Source: an uncultured Methanoregulaceae archaeon
Lineage (GTDB): Archaea; Halobacteriota; Methanomicrobia; Methanomicrobiales; Methanospirillaceae
Assembly (NCBI GenBank): GCA_963717525.1
Contig: OY970343.1
Span: 1,920,001-1,984,000 of the forward strand
Length of the DNA stretch: 64,000 nucleotides
Direction: 5' to 3'
Numbering within the stretch: the stretch's first letter is position 1; each line of letters starts with the position of its first letter. The position numbers and the translations under genes were made by a program. Of the stretch, positions 43,105-55,667 are shown piece after piece. Under the pieces are notes generated by a model. That model ran no database searches. It was not told where the DNA came from and worked only from the letters and a program-made list of their open reading frames with translations.

Positions 43105-44303
43105 GCACCATATTCTGGGAGATCTCGAAAAGGAACATCCGGATCCATATGCTCCGGTCGAGCCTTGCGATGCTCGGGATCATCATCGGTGTTGTTGCCA
43201 TCGCATCCATGGGCATCCTCGGGAACAGCATGGTACAGGTCGTTTCCGCGAGTCTTTCTTCCGTAGGGGATAGCGTGATTGTTATGCCGTATGTCGGGGG
43301 CGGCACGGGCTTTGGCGGCGGTGGGGGAGCGAGCTCGGCGAACCTGATGCTGACCGACCAGAATTACCAGCAGATCAAACGGGTGGTTGCCCCGAACGTG
43401 GCGATCCCCGTCCATTCAACCTCTGAACACATGCAATTGGGTGTCGGGAGCGATGATATTGTGGCTACCATTTACGGGCTCCCGCCGGACCAGACAAAAG
43501 ATCTCCTTCCCGATCTCACCGCCGGCGATTACAACAACGGGAACTCCGGCTGCCTCGTGGGAGCGACCTTTGCAACGGACCACAACGTCAAGGTCGGTTC
43601 CCGTATTTCCATCGGGACCGGTGGACAGTATGGCACGCTCAGGGTGACCGGAATTATCGCGGAAAGGGGGATGAGCTTTGATATCAGTACCGATAGCGCC
43701 ATTGTCGTGACACAGGACTGGTTTGAAAGCACGTACAACGATCAGGATGAATACAACGAAGTGGTCGTGAAGGTCACCAGCGGCGATACAGCAGATGTAA
43801 AGACAACGATCGAAAACCAGCTCAACCGGAACATCAAACAAAAGACCGTGACCGTCATCGACAGCAAGGCAACGCTTGCCACCATCTACCAAACCTTTGG
43901 CACGATCACGACCTTTGTCACGGCAATTGGCGGTATCTCGATGCTCGTTGCCGGTGTCTCCATCTTCAACATCATGATGATGTCAGTCAACGAGCGGATC
44001 AAGGAGATCGGGATCATGCGCAGTATCGGCACCCAGAAAAAGGAGGTGATGAGCATGTTCATCTACGAGGCCGCCATCATCGGTGTGATCGGAAGCCTGA
44101 TCGGGGGGGTCCTCAGTGTCCTTGGCGGGTACGCGATCAGCGCCCTGATGCTTAAGACGACTGAGTACCTCTTTACCGTGTCGAGCATGATGTCTGTGGT
44201 CGAGGGAGTGGGATTCGGGATCATCATCTCCATACTCTGCGGGTTATACCCTGCGTGGCAGGCGGCAAACCTCAGCCCGATCGATGCCTTGCGGCACGAG
44301 TGA
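43101..44303 (+). CDS. ABC transporter permease (MacB/FtsX type)
   Basis: RSSLAMLGIIIGV, SVNERIKEIGIMRSIG and YPA..AA.LSPIDALRHE. Confidence 0.93.
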   Translation: MSTIFWEISKRNIRIHMLRSSLAMLGIIIGVVAIASMGILGNSMVQVVSASLSSVGDSVIVMPYVGGGTGFGGGGGASSANLMLTDQNYQQIKRVVAPNVAIPVHSTSEHMQLGVGSDDIVATIYGLPPDQTKDLLPDLTAGDYNNGNSGCLVGATFATDHNVKVGSRISIGTGGQYGTLRVTGIIAERGMSFDISTDSAIVVTQDWFESTYNDQDEYNEVVVKVTSGDTADVKTTIENQLNRNIKQKTVTVIDSKATLATIYQTFGTITTFVTAIGGISMLVAGVSIFNIMMMSVNERIKEIGIMRSIGTQKKEVMSMFIYEAAIIGVIGSLIGGVLSVLGGYAISALMLKTTEYLFTVSSMMSVVEGVGFGIIISILCGLYPAWQAANLSPIDALRHE

Positions 44304-44360
44304 TATTCCTTTTTTTCACAGGGATACTTCTATTACCGGCCGGGTATACCCTTCTCTTAT

Positions 44361-45269
44361 ATGGCGGGGATTGTTTTCCCAAAAGACTACGGCGATATTG
44401 ACTGGAACGAGGTCTGGAAGGCCCGGCAGGACCGGTATGATGCCGCACAGATCCCCGGGGATACCTCGCATGACTGGGACAAAAAGGAGAATGCGGAACG
44501 GTACGCGGCACAGTCTGCCGGTGAATTCGAGAAACGGATCCGAATGACCCTTGACGGCCTTTCGGTCAACCGTACGACAAAGGTGCTGGACATCGGCGCC
44601 GGGCCGGGGACACTTGCGATCCCTCTTGCCGGGAGAGTACGGGACATCACCGCAATAGAACCCGGTGCCGGGATGATCACGGCGCTCAGGGAACAGGCAG
44701 ACAAAGAGGGGATCAAAAACATCACCTGTATCCAGAAGAGGTGGGAGGACGTGGATCCCGGCCACGACCTTTCCGGGCCGTATGACCTTGTGATTGCCTC
44801 ACTCTCCCTGACGATGTACGATATCCGGGAGGCGGTGCAGAAGATGAATATGGTCTCGTGTGGCGAGGTCTGCCTGTACTGGTTCGTGGACCTGCCGTTC
44901 TGGGAACGGATGTATGCCGACCTTGTCGTGCCGCTCCACAAGCGGCCCTATTATCCCGGCCCGAAGGCAGACTGCCTCTGGAATGTGCTGTACCAGGCAG
45001 GGATCTATGCAAACGTCGAGATGCTCCCGCTGGACAAGGAGTACCGTTTCCCGTCCCGGAGGGAAATGACGGCATTTTTCAAAAAGAGGTTTGGCGTAAC
45101 GACACAGGAGCAGGAAAAGGTGCTGGATGCGTACCTGTCTCCACTCATGCGTACCGAGGGGGATGATATCGTCATCTCCGGCGAATCCACGTTCGCGAAG
45201 ATCTGGTGGAGAAAAAGTAAGTTACCCCCTGGGGGTTCGCCTCCGGCTGACGGGACATCCTGTTTTTAG
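44361..45269 (+). CDS. class I SAM-dependent methyltransferase
   Basis: VLDIGAGPG and YDLVIAS. Confidence 0.87.
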   Translation: MAGIVFPKDYGDIDWNEVWKARQDRYDAAQIPGDTSHDWDKKENAERYAAQSAGEFEKRIRMTLDGLSVNRTTKVLDIGAGPGTLAIPLAGRVRDITAIEPGAGMITALREQADKEGIKNITCIQKRWEDVDPGHDLSGPYDLVIASLSLTMYDIREAVQKMNMVSCGEVCLYWFVDLPFWERMYADLVVPLHKRPYYPGPKADCLWNVLYQAGIYANVEMLPLDKEYRFPSRREMTAFFKKRFGVTTQEQEKVLDAYLSPLMRTEGDDIVISGESTFAKIWWRKSKLPPGGSPPADGTSCF

Positions 45270-46690
45270 GAAATTACCTCAGGTGCCGACCCCCGTATCT
45301 CGTGGCCCCGCATCCAGGACAGCGCCCCGGCGATCCCGATAATGATGACCGACGCGAGGAGGGCGGCATCGATCCCGCTGATGAATGCATTCGAGACCCC
45401 GCCCACGAGGTTGGTAGTGCCGATGAAGACCTCGAACGCCACATCCCGGGGTATTGAAGCTGCCGATACCGTGATGGCAATGACGAAACTTCCCAGGACC
45501 CCGATATTCTGCACGGTCCGGAGGATGCCGGATATCCCGCCATAGGACCCCTGCGGGGCGTTTGCCATGACCGCACTGTTGTTGGACGGGAAGAACATCG
45601 CCGTCCCGAGGCCGGAGATGCCCGATGCGACCAGAACCTCCCAGAGTGGGGTATCGACCCGAAACGTCACATAGACGAGCGTGGCAAGGATCAGCATCAC
45701 GGTGCCGGAGGTCGCGAGTACCCGTGCCCCGTAGCGGTCGGAAAGCTTACCCATATATGGTGAAAGCAGGCTGCCCACTACGTAGCCCGGGGTGAGGAGA
45801 AGTGCGGCATCAAGAGGCGACAGGGCACGGATCCCCTGCAGGTACATCGTGATCAGGAACACCACCGAGAGGTACCCGAGGCTGAGGAAAAATGCCGCCA
45901 TCATAGAATACCTGAGGATCCGGTTACGCAACGCGGAAAAATCAATAATGGGTCGCGAGGTCCGCCGTTCGAACATCACGAAGAGAGCAATAAGTGCGAG
46001 GCCAAGGCAGAATGTAACAATGTTTGTAAGGGCTGTTCCTTCGGTCGCAAAATCCACACCGGCAAATGAGAGGAAGGTGAGTGCTGCACCCAGCAGGATC
46101 ATACCCGTGAGATCCAGTTTCGCGTGCACCCGGGGATTATCCGTCAGGTACCGGACGCCAAGAATGGTGGCCACGATACCGATGGGGACATTGATAAAGA
46201 AGATGTATTCCCAGCCGACATAGGTTGTGATGATACCACCAAGCACGATACCGAGCATCGCGCCGCTCGTCCAGCCAAGGGAGAGATAACCGAACGCGGT
46301 CCCCCGCGTATTGGGCGGGAAGGAGTCGGCGATGATCGCACCGCTGTTCGCCTGCATCAACGCTCCCCCGACGCCCTGGATCACACGGGACGCGATCAGC
46401 CAATCGATGGCAGGGGAGAGGCCGCAGAAAAGAGATCCCACCGTAAAGATCCCAAACCCGGCGTTGAACATTCGGCTCCTGCCATAGATGTCCCCGATCC
46501 GGCCGAGCTGGGTGGTGCAGACCGCGACGACAAGAAGGTAGATCAGGATTACCCAGAGCGTGGCGATGAAGCTGGCATGCAGGGAATCGGAGATGGTGGG
46601 AAAGGCGAGGATAACAATGGTAGAATCGAGCGATCCCATGAGCGTGCCGAGCATGAGGACGGATATGATGATCTTCTGCTTCGTGTCCAT
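45266..46690 (-). CDS. MFS transporter (DHA2 drug:H+ antiporter type)
   Basis: LDSTIV, GRIGDIYGR, WEYIFFINVPIG and GKLSDRYG; about 14 TM helices. Confidence 0.92.
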   Translation of the reverse strand: MDTKQKIIISVLMLGTLMGSLDSTIVILAFPTISDSLHASFIATLWVILIYLLVVAVCTTQLGRIGDIYGRSRMFNAGFGIFTVGSLFCGLSPAIDWLIASRVIQGVGGALMQANSGAIIADSFPPNTRGTAFGYLSLGWTSGAMLGIVLGGIITTYVGWEYIFFINVPIGIVATILGVRYLTDNPRVHAKLDLTGMILLGAALTFLSFAGVDFATEGTALTNIVTFCLGLALIALFVMFERRTSRPIIDFSALRNRILRYSMMAAFFLSLGYLSVVFLITMYLQGIRALSPLDAALLLTPGYVVGSLLSPYMGKLSDRYGARVLATSGTVMLILATLVYVTFRVDTPLWEVLVASGISGLGTAMFFPSNNSAVMANAPQGSYGGISGILRTVQNIGVLGSFVIAITVSAASIPRDVAFEVFIGTTNLVGGVSNAFISGIDAALLASVIIIGIAGALSWMRGHEIRGSAPEVIS

Positions 46691-46874
46691 GTGCACTCTG
46701 ATGTAAGGTTTATGTGACCTGTTAATCTACCTGTCGAAGAGATCACAGGTGCCTGCGACCGGTTGCGGATGGTGCATGTGCCGGGTTGCGCTCTATGCCG
46801 GATCCCTGCACAGAACAGCAAAAGGAGAAACTATCAGGAAACGTGTATTAAAAAAGTGTGGCAGGGCAGGGAAA

Positions 46875-48014
46875 TCAGTTCCCGCCAACTCTTCTGATCC
46901 GACTCATCGCCTCTTTGAGCCGGTCCATCGAGGCCGCGTACGAGAGCCGGATCCAGCCGGGTGCATCGAAAGCGGTTCCCGGGGTGGCTGCCACGTGTCC
47001 TTTTTCGAGCCACCGGGTCGCAATCTCCATGTCGTCACCGGCTACTTTCACGAATGCATAGAAGGCACCGTCTGCCGGTGCGGTCTCGTAGCCCATCAGG
47101 CCGAGTTCGGCCATGACAAACTTCCGCCGCTGGTTAAACTCGGTACGCATCTCTTCCACACAGCGCTGGTCGCCCTTGAGGGCGGCAACGGCACCCCACA
47201 TAGCAAACGTGGTGGCCTGTGAGACCGAGTGCTGCTGCACCTTGGACATCGCCTTGATGATCTTCTGGGGGGCCACAGCGTACCCGAGCCGCCAGCCGGT
47301 CATCGCGTACGCCTTGGAAAAGCCGTTGATCGTGATCGTACGTTCTGCCATGTCACCAATGGCAGCAAGCGAAATGTGCTCTTTCCCGTACACCAGTTTC
47401 TCGTAGATCTCGTCGGACATCGCGTAGAGATCATAGTCCTGGCAGAGATCGGCGACGAGATTCATCGATGTCTTATCAAAGACGGCACCCGACGGGTTCG
47501 ATGGCGAATTGATCACGATCATCTTGGTGTTGGTGTTGACCCGCTCGAGAATCGAGTCATCGAGCTGGAAGGTCTTCTGGTTGACCGCGTGTTTCACGAC
47601 CTTCCCCCCGGCCATCTGGACGCAGGGCTCGTAGGAGACCCACGCCGGAGTGAGAAGAAGGACTTCGTCACCGGGATTAAGAACCGCCTCCATGCCCTCG
47701 TAGATGGCATCCTTGGCCCCGACAGTGACAATCGCCTGATCCGGTTTACAGGAAAACTTGTTCTCTTTTTCGATCTTCTCGCTGATCGCTGCGAGAAGTT
47801 CCGGGATGCCGTCACTCGGGGTATAATGCGTCTCTCCCCGGTTCAGGGCGTCAATGCAGGCATCTCTGATGTGTTTCGGGGTATCGAAGTCCGGCTCGCC
47901 GATAGAGAGGCTGATGACGTCGATCCCCTCCCGCTGCATCTTCTTTGCCCGGTTGGAGATCTCGATAGTCGCCGAGGGGGCGATCCCCGCAACCTTCTCC
48001 GAGAGCGACTTCAT
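46875..48014 (-). CDS. aspC: PLP-dependent class I aminotransferase (aspartate aminotransferase)
   Basis: [21 protein letters not shown] and [12 protein letters not shown]. Confidence 0.88.
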   Translation of the reverse strand: MKSLSEKVAGIAPSATIEISNRAKKMQREGIDVISLSIGEPDFDTPKHIRDACIDALNRGETHYTPSDGIPELLAAISEKIEKENKFSCKPDQAIVTVGAKDAIYEGMEAVLNPGDEVLLLTPAWVSYEPCVQMAGGKVVKHAVNQKTFQLDDSILERVNTNTKMIVINSPSNPSGAVFDKTSMNLVADLCQDYDLYAMSDEIYEKLVYGKEHISLAAIGDMAERTITINGFSKAYAMTGWRLGYAVAPQKIIKAMSKVQQHSVSQATTFAMWGAVAALKGDQRCVEEMRTEFNQRRKFVMAELGLMGYETAPADGAFYAFVKVAGDDMEIATRWLEKGHVAATPGTAFDAPGWIRLSYAASMDRLKEAMSRIRRVGGN

Positions 48015-48430
48015 TGCAATCGTTTGACAAGCTTTACGGCAGATTCAACGGCGCGCTTCGCATAGTCGATCCGCTCGTTCGCCTCGAGCCGGCTCATGCC
48101 GGGCCCGGAGATGCCAAGCGCCACGGGCTTACCGAACTCTAAGGAGAGGTCGATGATCTTCCGGGCTGCGTGCTGCACTACAATCTCATCGTGCTGGGTC
48201 GCACCTTCGATCACGCAGCCGACGGTGACGATAGCGTCGACTTTTCCGGCCGCAAGCATCTTTTTTATGGCAAGCGGCATGTCAAAGGCACCCGGCACGT
48301 ACATGCATTCGGTCACTTCTGCTCCGAGGAACGCGGCATGCTCCCGCGCCTCGATCTCCATCATGTAGGTGATGTCGCGGTTGAACTCCGCAACGACAAA
48401 TCCCAGTTTTATCGGTTTTGTGTCACACAT
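48011..48430 (-). CDS. ribH: 6,7-dimethyl-8-ribityllumazine synthase
   Basis: [17 protein letters not shown] and [11 protein letters not shown]. Confidence 0.94.
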   Translation of the reverse strand: MCDTKPIKLGFVVAEFNRDITYMMEIEAREHAAFLGAEVTECMYVPGAFDMPLAIKKMLAAGKVDAIVTVGCVIEGATQHDEIVVQHAARKIIDLSLEFGKPVALGISGPGMSRLEANERIDYAKRAVESAVKLVKRLQ

Positions 48431-48473
48431 AACTGATCATCTCATTTTTATCCTCATAAACCTGTAGATAGTC

Positions 48474-50062
<1,589 letters not shown>

Positions 50063-50119
50063 GTGGATCTGCCAATAGTATATTTATATAAACTGGATAT
50101 AAGTTTGGATAGCGTTTTT

Positions 50120-50512
50120 ATGGCAGACGTAAGCATAATCTGCGGATCGGCGTCCGACGCCGCGATTGCCGACAAGGCAAAGAAGGTTCTCGATGAGCAC
50201 AAGGTCTCCTGGGACTACCAGGTGATCTCCGCTCACCGCGACCCGGATAAGCTGGATGCTTATGTCAAAAACTCTCCATGCAAGGTCTATATCGCCATCG
50301 CCGGGCTCTCTGCGGCCCTGCCCGGCGTTATCGCATCAAAGACCGAGAAGCCCGTCATCGGCGTTCCGGTCAGCGGGACCCTGAGCGGCCTTGATGCCCT
50401 GCTCTCCATCGCCCAGATGCCCCGGGGCGTGCCGGTCGCATGCGTGGGGGTTGACAACGGCGACAACGCTGCACACCTCGCGATCCGTATCCTGAAACTG
50501 GCAAAGAAATAA
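50120..50512 (+). CDS. purE: N5-CAIR mutase / AIR carboxylase
   Basis: [24 protein letters not shown] and QMPRGVPVA. Confidence 0.95.
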   Translation: MADVSIICGSASDAAIADKAKKVLDEHKVSWDYQVISAHRDPDKLDAYVKNSPCKVYIAIAGLSAALPGVIASKTEKPVIGVPVSGTLSGLDALLSIAQMPRGVPVACVGVDNGDNAAHLAIRILKLAKK

Positions 50513-50528
50513 GACAAATGTTTTTTCC

Positions 50529-50966
50529 ATGCCGATCCTTTCAGACCCGGTCGTATCTCTCGAAGGGGTCTCGCTCCGGAAGGTTTCACTCTCGACCCTT
50601 GACCTTGAGGTGGCGATCCGGGTGGAGAACAATAATCCGGTCGGTGTGACCTTAATGGAATGCCCGTTTAGGGTGCTGTGCAAAAAAGAGGGGAACTATC
50701 GTCAGATTGCGATGGGCAACACCGGAAGCGCGAAGATACCGGCCCACTCAGTCACCGTGCTCAACGTACCGGTCATTTCGCATAATGCTGCTCTTACCGG
50801 GGCGCTCGTATCTTTTGTCACGGGAGGGAGCATCGAGGTAACCATCGAAGGCAACGCGGTCGTGAAGTTCCTGATGGTAACAAAGACGTTCCCGTTTGCC
50901 CGGACCGTGCCGATCACGGTCGCACAGGTCGCCGGGATCGTGACCGGGCAGAAAAAAGACAGATAA
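50529..50966 (+). CDS. LEA type 2 / WHy domain protein
   Basis: Beta-rich ORF with IRVENNNPVG (NPN-like) motif. Confidence 0.72.
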   Translation: MPILSDPVVSLEGVSLRKVSLSTLDLEVAIRVENNNPVGVTLMECPFRVLCKKEGNYRQIAMGNTGSAKIPAHSVTVLNVPVISHNAALTGALVSFVTGGSIEVTIEGNAVVKFLMVTKTFPFARTVPITVAQVAGIVTGQKKDR

Positions 50967-50975
50967 GCCGCGGAT

Positions 50976-52283
50976 TTACCGCTTTTTTGTCCCGCTCTTG
51001 TTCCCGGTTTTCCCCTTCTTTTCCGTGCCGAACAGTTCGTTCACCATCTTCACGGCGCACAGATCCCCGCACATCGAACAGGTGTCCGTCTCCCCGTCAC
51101 GGCAGTGGATTGCCCGTGCATGATCGCCGTACAGGGCAAGCCGGAACTGTGCGTCCCAGTCAAGCCGGTGGCGGGCATCCGCCATTTGCACCTCGCACTC
51201 CATCCGGTATCCCTCGTGGCGCCGGACAATGTCCCCCACGTGTGCTGCGATCTTTGCGACCCGGGTCCCCTCGATGATGTCCTCAACGTCCGGCAGGGCG
51301 AGGTGCTCGCTCGGCGAGACCATGCAGAGGAAATCCGCCCCGTTCCGGCAGGCCTCCGCCCCCCCGATGGCCGCAACCACGTGGTCGTAGCCGGGCGCGA
51401 TGTCGGTGACGATGGGCCCGAGCAGGTAGAGCGGGGCATGATCGGTGATCTCCTTGATCATCCGCACGTTGTAGCCTACCTGATCAAACGGCATGTGCCC
51501 CGGCCCCTCGATCATCCGCTGGACGCCCCGGGCAAGGGAGCGTTGTGCGAGCGTCCCGAGCGTCACGTACTCCACCGATTTTGCGAGTTTGCCTGCGTCC
51601 TGAAGGCAGCCGGGCCGCATCCCGTCCCCGAGGCTGATCGTCACGTCATGTTCCGCGAGGATCTCTAAAAGGTAGTCGAACTCGGAAAAGAGCGGGTTCT
51701 CCTCGTCACGGAGCATCATCATCGCGCAGTGGAACGTCCCGCCCCGGCTTACCACCCCCATCAGGCGAGGATCGAGCCGGAGGGCGTCAAGAGCCTGCCG
51801 ATTCACCCCGCAGTGGAGGGTTAAGAAATCCACGCCCTGTGCGCAGTGCTCCCGGATGACCTTAAAGAGCAGGTCGGCGTCAACGTCTGCCGCGTTTCCC
51901 GCCCGGCGCACTGCCTCGTACACCGGCACGGTGCCCACCGTGGTATCGAGAGCGAGCATCTTTTTCCGGATCGCCACGAGATCCCCGCCGGTCGAGAGGT
52001 CCATGATCGCATCGGCACCGTTTGCGAGGGCTGCCCCGGCTTTCTTTTCCTCAAGCGCATAGTCACACCGGGTGCCTGAGGTCCCGACGTTTACGTTCAC
52101 CTTGACCGTGCACCCCTCCCCGATGGCACAGGTATGGTGCCGGCGCTTTGGGTTTGCCGGGATCACGATCCGCCCGGCAGCTATTCGCCGGGCCATCCGT
52201 TCCGCGTCCATGCCCTCCGCCCGTGCCGCCTCTGCGACGGTATCGGGAATACAGGAAGAGCAGCTGCGGATGAGCATATCCAT
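50976..52283 (-). CDS. thiC: phosphomethylpyrimidine synthase (ThiC/Bza family radical SAM)
   Basis: KVNVNVGTS, MDLSTGG, SRGG, SLGDGMRPG, EGPGH and CSMCGDLC. Confidence 0.88.
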   Translation of the reverse strand: MDMLIRSCSSCIPDTVAEAARAEGMDAERMARRIAAGRIVIPANPKRRHHTCAIGEGCTVKVNVNVGTSGTRCDYALEEKKAGAALANGADAIMDLSTGGDLVAIRKKMLALDTTVGTVPVYEAVRRAGNAADVDADLLFKVIREHCAQGVDFLTLHCGVNRQALDALRLDPRLMGVVSRGGTFHCAMMMLRDEENPLFSEFDYLLEILAEHDVTISLGDGMRPGCLQDAGKLAKSVEYVTLGTLAQRSLARGVQRMIEGPGHMPFDQVGYNVRMIKEITDHAPLYLLGPIVTDIAPGYDHVVAAIGGAEACRNGADFLCMVSPSEHLALPDVEDIIEGTRVAKIAAHVGDIVRRHEGYRMECEVQMADARHRLDWDAQFRLALYGDHARAIHCRDGETDTCSMCGDLCAVKMVNELFGTEKKGKTGNKSGTKKR

Positions 52284-52317
52284 AACAAACATCTGTTGGG
52301 ATGCTTTATTATTGTGC

Positions 52318-52920
52318 ATGCAGGTCAGGTGGATCCCCGAACAGGGGGCGTTTGCAAACTCGTATATTTTCGGCACAGTCCTCGTGGACGCCGGTCTCCT
52401 TCCCATGGCTATCCGGGAGTACCGGGACGGGATCGACACCATTGTCCTGACTCACTGCCACTTCGACCACATCGCCCACGTAAAAGAGATCGCCCACATG
52501 TGTAAGGCGAAGGTTGCGATCCACCGGGACGATGCCGTGGGTCTTATTGAGGATGCACGGAGCCTCTCGATGCATTTTGGCGCCCGCTCACCCGGTATCG
52601 TGCCGGACATCAAACTTAACGACGGTGACACCATCGGAGGCCTTAAAGTAATCCACACACCGGGCCATACCCCGGGGAGCATCTGCCTCTGGTCAGAGGC
52701 GGACAAGGTGCTCATCAGCGGCGATACCGTATTTACCGACGGGGCGTTCGGCCGCTACGATTTCCCCGGGGGGAGCAGGCAGGCGCTTGAGAGATCCCTT
52801 GACCAGCTCGGGCAACTCGATGTTGAAGGGCTGTACCCGGGCCACGGGGAGCCGGTGGACTGCGGCGGGAAACGGCACATTGCCGCGGCGCGGCAGCTCA
52901 TGAAGGCCGGGTATGGATAA
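52318..52920 (+). CDS. metallo-beta-lactamase fold hydrolase
   Basis: THCHFDH, TPGHTPG, SGD and PGHG. Confidence 0.9.
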   Translation: MQVRWIPEQGAFANSYIFGTVLVDAGLLPMAIREYRDGIDTIVLTHCHFDHIAHVKEIAHMCKAKVAIHRDDAVGLIEDARSLSMHFGARSPGIVPDIKLNDGDTIGGLKVIHTPGHTPGSICLWSEADKVLISGDTVFTDGAFGRYDFPGGSRQALERSLDQLGQLDVEGLYPGHGEPVDCGGKRHIAAARQLMKAGYG

Positions 52921-53374
52921 GGGGATCTACTGCCTTGTGTTAAAAAACCCGGCCTGCACGGTGCGGGTGGGGGCTCTCGGCCCTGTTTCGTTTGCGGCCG
53001 GCTGGCACTGCTACATCGGTTCAGCCCTCGGTCCCGGGGGCCTGGTGCGGCTTGAGCGCCACTTCCGCCTCGCGGAGCACCGGGACAGGCGCCCGAAATG
53101 GCATATCGATTACCTGCTCACGGATCCCCGGTTCCGGGTCGCGTACGCGGTGAGTGCCCCGTCCACCGGGCGGCTCGAATGCCTGCTGGCTTCTGCCCTT
53201 GCCCCGGGCGGAACGGCTGTGGATCAGTTCGGGTGCAGCGACTGCGACTGCCCGTCCCATCTCCTGTACCGGCGCAGGGACCCGGAGGACGAGATTGTCG
53301 CAGCTTTTACCGGCCTCGGGCTCACTCCCGGGATCAAAACCATCATTACCCCAAAAGGGAAGGGTAACCTATGA
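52913..53374 (+). CDS. GIY-YIG / DUF123 family nuclease
   Basis: KGIYCL...YIGSA, WHIDYL and FGCSDCDC.SHL. Confidence 0.85.
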   Translation: MDKGIYCLVLKNPACTVRVGALGPVSFAAGWHCYIGSALGPGGLVRLERHFRLAEHRDRRPKWHIDYLLTDPRFRVAYAVSAPSTGRLECLLASALAPGGTAVDQFGCSDCDCPSHLLYRRRDPEDEIVAAFTGLGLTPGIKTIITPKGKGNL

Positions 53375-53925
53375 AAGTTCTCGGGTTGTCGGGCAGCATG
53401 CGCAAAGAGGGGAACACCGCACAGCTCATCCAGGTGATCCTCAGGCAATGTAAGGAGGCGGGGATCAAAACGGAATTTGTCTCCCTTGCCGGGAAAAAGA
53501 TCCTCCCGTGCCTGGGTTGCCTGAAATGCAAAGAGAAGAAGTGGTGCGTGATCGAGGGGGATGACTGGGGGGGCATCGCGCAGAAGGTGCTTGAGTGCGA
53601 CGTGCTCGTGATCGGTTCACCCACCTATTACTACAATATCTGCGGCCAGCTCAAGAATTTCATCGACCGCACGTACTCGCTCTACCATGATCACAAACTT
53701 GCGGGGCGTAAAGGGGTCGTGGTCGCCATCCACGCCTCGGCCGGCGCTGACCGGACGGCAAAAACCATAGAAGGGTTCCTCAACGCCCACGAATTTTCCT
53801 CCCTTGGGACGGTTATCGGAAAAGGGACTGACGAGGGGGACGTGCTCAGCGACGCAGATGCTGTCAGGCATGCCGAGAAGACCGGGGACAGGATCGTCCG
53901 TCTGCTCCGCCCCCACCATGACTAA
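53371..53925 (+). CDS. iron-sulfur flavoprotein (Isf family)
   Basis: GSMRKEGNT, CLGCLKC...C, SPTY and LKNFIDR. Confidence 0.87.
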   Translation: MKVLGLSGSMRKEGNTAQLIQVILRQCKEAGIKTEFVSLAGKKILPCLGCLKCKEKKWCVIEGDDWGGIAQKVLECDVLVIGSPTYYYNICGQLKNFIDRTYSLYHDHKLAGRKGVVVAIHASAGADRTAKTIEGFLNAHEFSSLGTVIGKGTDEGDVLSDADAVRHAEKTGDRIVRLLRPHHD

Positions 53926-54042
53926 AAGAAACCCCTCAGTACCCGTAGCGTTTCCCGGTCTTTCCTTCGCATAGTGCCGATCTCACCGTTGAACAGGGTA
54001 CGATAAAAGGATGATAAAAATGCCCGCGCAGGACGGGCGTGG

Positions 54043-55131
54043 TCAGGCCTTCCGGTAGAGGGTCGTGCGCCGGCAGAGCGTCCGGCCCAGGTCTTCTGCC
54101 ACCCGCTGCATCTCGGCCGGGTCAAGGTAGTCCGTGTTGGATGCCCCGGCGCCCTTGGAGATGCTCTCCTCAAACATCGTGCCGCCAAGATCGTTTGCAC
54201 CGCCGAGAAGGCTCAGCTGCGCCATCTTGATGCCTTCCTTGACCCACGAGACTTGGATATTCCTGAAATTGTCTAAAAAGAGCCGGGCGACGGCTACCAT
54301 CAGGATATCCTCGCGGCCGGTTGCTCCCGCCCGGGCGGTCCCGTTCCGGAAGATCGGGGTGTTCATGTGGATGAACGAAAGCGGGACAAACTCCGTAAAC
54401 CCCCGGGTTTCGTCCTGAAGCTCCCGGAGGATGGCGAGGTGCTGCACCCTGTCCGCATCGCTCTCGCAGTGGCCGTACATGATGGTCGCCGTCGTGGGGA
54501 TGCCGAGGTGGTGGGCCTCCCGGATAATACGCACCCATTCTGCGGTCGGGATCTTCTGCGGGCAGATCTGCCGGCGGACAGGATCGACGAGGATCTCGGC
54601 TGCCGTCCCGCACATCGAGGCCAGGCCGGCAGCCTTCATCTGCGAGAGCACCTCCTTTGTCGTCATGTGGCTCTTTTGTGCCGCGTACGCGACCTCCATC
54701 GGGTTGCTTGCGTGCAGGTGCACGCCCGGAGCTGCATCGGTGATCCAGCGGTAGACATCGCAATAGGATTGCGCGGTAAAGGACGGGTGCAGGCCGCTGA
54801 CCGTGCAGATCTCGGTCACCTTGCGGGACTTTGCAAGTGCCGCTTTCTCCCGGATGACTGCCTCATCGTGGATATAGCACCCCTCGTCGCCCGGCTTCTT
54901 TGAGAAACCGCAGAAACCGCAGGCATTAACACAGATGTTGGTCACGTTGATGTTCTGGTTGCGGACATAGGTGACTGCATTGCCGGCGACCTTCTCCCGC
55001 TTTTCATCAGCAGCAGCAACAATCTTCCAGACATCGCGTTCGTGAGTGGTAAAAAGGCGCATCGCATCTTTTTCGCTGATCCGGTCCCCGCTCACTGCAT
55101 CAGAGAGGATTGTTGAGAGGTCCCTGCCCAT
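54043..55131 (-). CDS. cofH: FO synthase subunit CofH (paralogue 1)
   Basis: TYVRNQNINVTNICVNACGFC, GTAAEIL, TIMYGH and NDLGGT. Confidence 0.9.
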   Translation of the reverse strand: MGRDLSTILSDAVSGDRISEKDAMRLFTTHERDVWKIVAAADEKREKVAGNAVTYVRNQNINVTNICVNACGFCGFSKKPGDEGCYIHDEAVIREKAALAKSRKVTEICTVSGLHPSFTAQSYCDVYRWITDAAPGVHLHASNPMEVAYAAQKSHMTTKEVLSQMKAAGLASMCGTAAEILVDPVRRQICPQKIPTAEWVRIIREAHHLGIPTTATIMYGHCESDADRVQHLAILRELQDETRGFTEFVPLSFIHMNTPIFRNGTARAGATGREDILMVAVARLFLDNFRNIQVSWVKEGIKMAQLSLLGGANDLGGTMFEESISKGAGASNTDYLDPAEMQRVAEDLGRTLCRRTTLYRKA

Positions 55132-55248
55132 GCCGTCACCCTTTGTCTATGTGTGTCACACTGTGTCATACTTAACGTAAACCTATCGGAATGCCCGCCC
55201 CCGGAGTACTTATAATGCCGTGGCGCCAATGTCCATTCCGGGAGAGTT

Positions 55249-55548
55249 ATGCAAAAGGTCACCGTTTCGCTGTCGCGCAAGGTCGCCGACGGGTACGTCA
55301 TCCCGCTGGGGCCGGCAAACCTTGTTGCCATCATCACCGATGTGGGGCTGGTCGGGTGCGGAGCTTTCGATGTGGCAGCACTGGACTCGTTCAGCTACCC
55401 TGCGGCAAAAGTCCGCCCTGCAACCGGGCCATCCATCGCGAATACCAACGATATCCTCACCGGTATCATAAAAGAGGTGAACCGGGGGGCGATGGGACGC
55501 GGGATCAGGAACGGCATGACCGGCAGGCAGGCACTGGAACTGATGTAA
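55249..55548 (+). CDS. YunC/DUF1805 family protein
   Basis: GLVGCGAFDV and GIRNGMTGRQAL. Confidence 0.78.
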   Translation: MQKVTVSLSRKVADGYVIPLGPANLVAIITDVGLVGCGAFDVAALDSFSYPAAKVRPATGPSIANTNDILTGIIKEVNRGAMGRGIRNGMTGRQALELM

Positions 55549-55667
55549 CCGGGCCCCGGCCTGATATCAAAAAATCTTTGGTAATTGTAAAACATCCGCC
55601 CCAAAAAAAGATAATAAAAAAATCCAATACTCAATCAATTGAAGTTAAAAGATTCAAAAACATGAGG

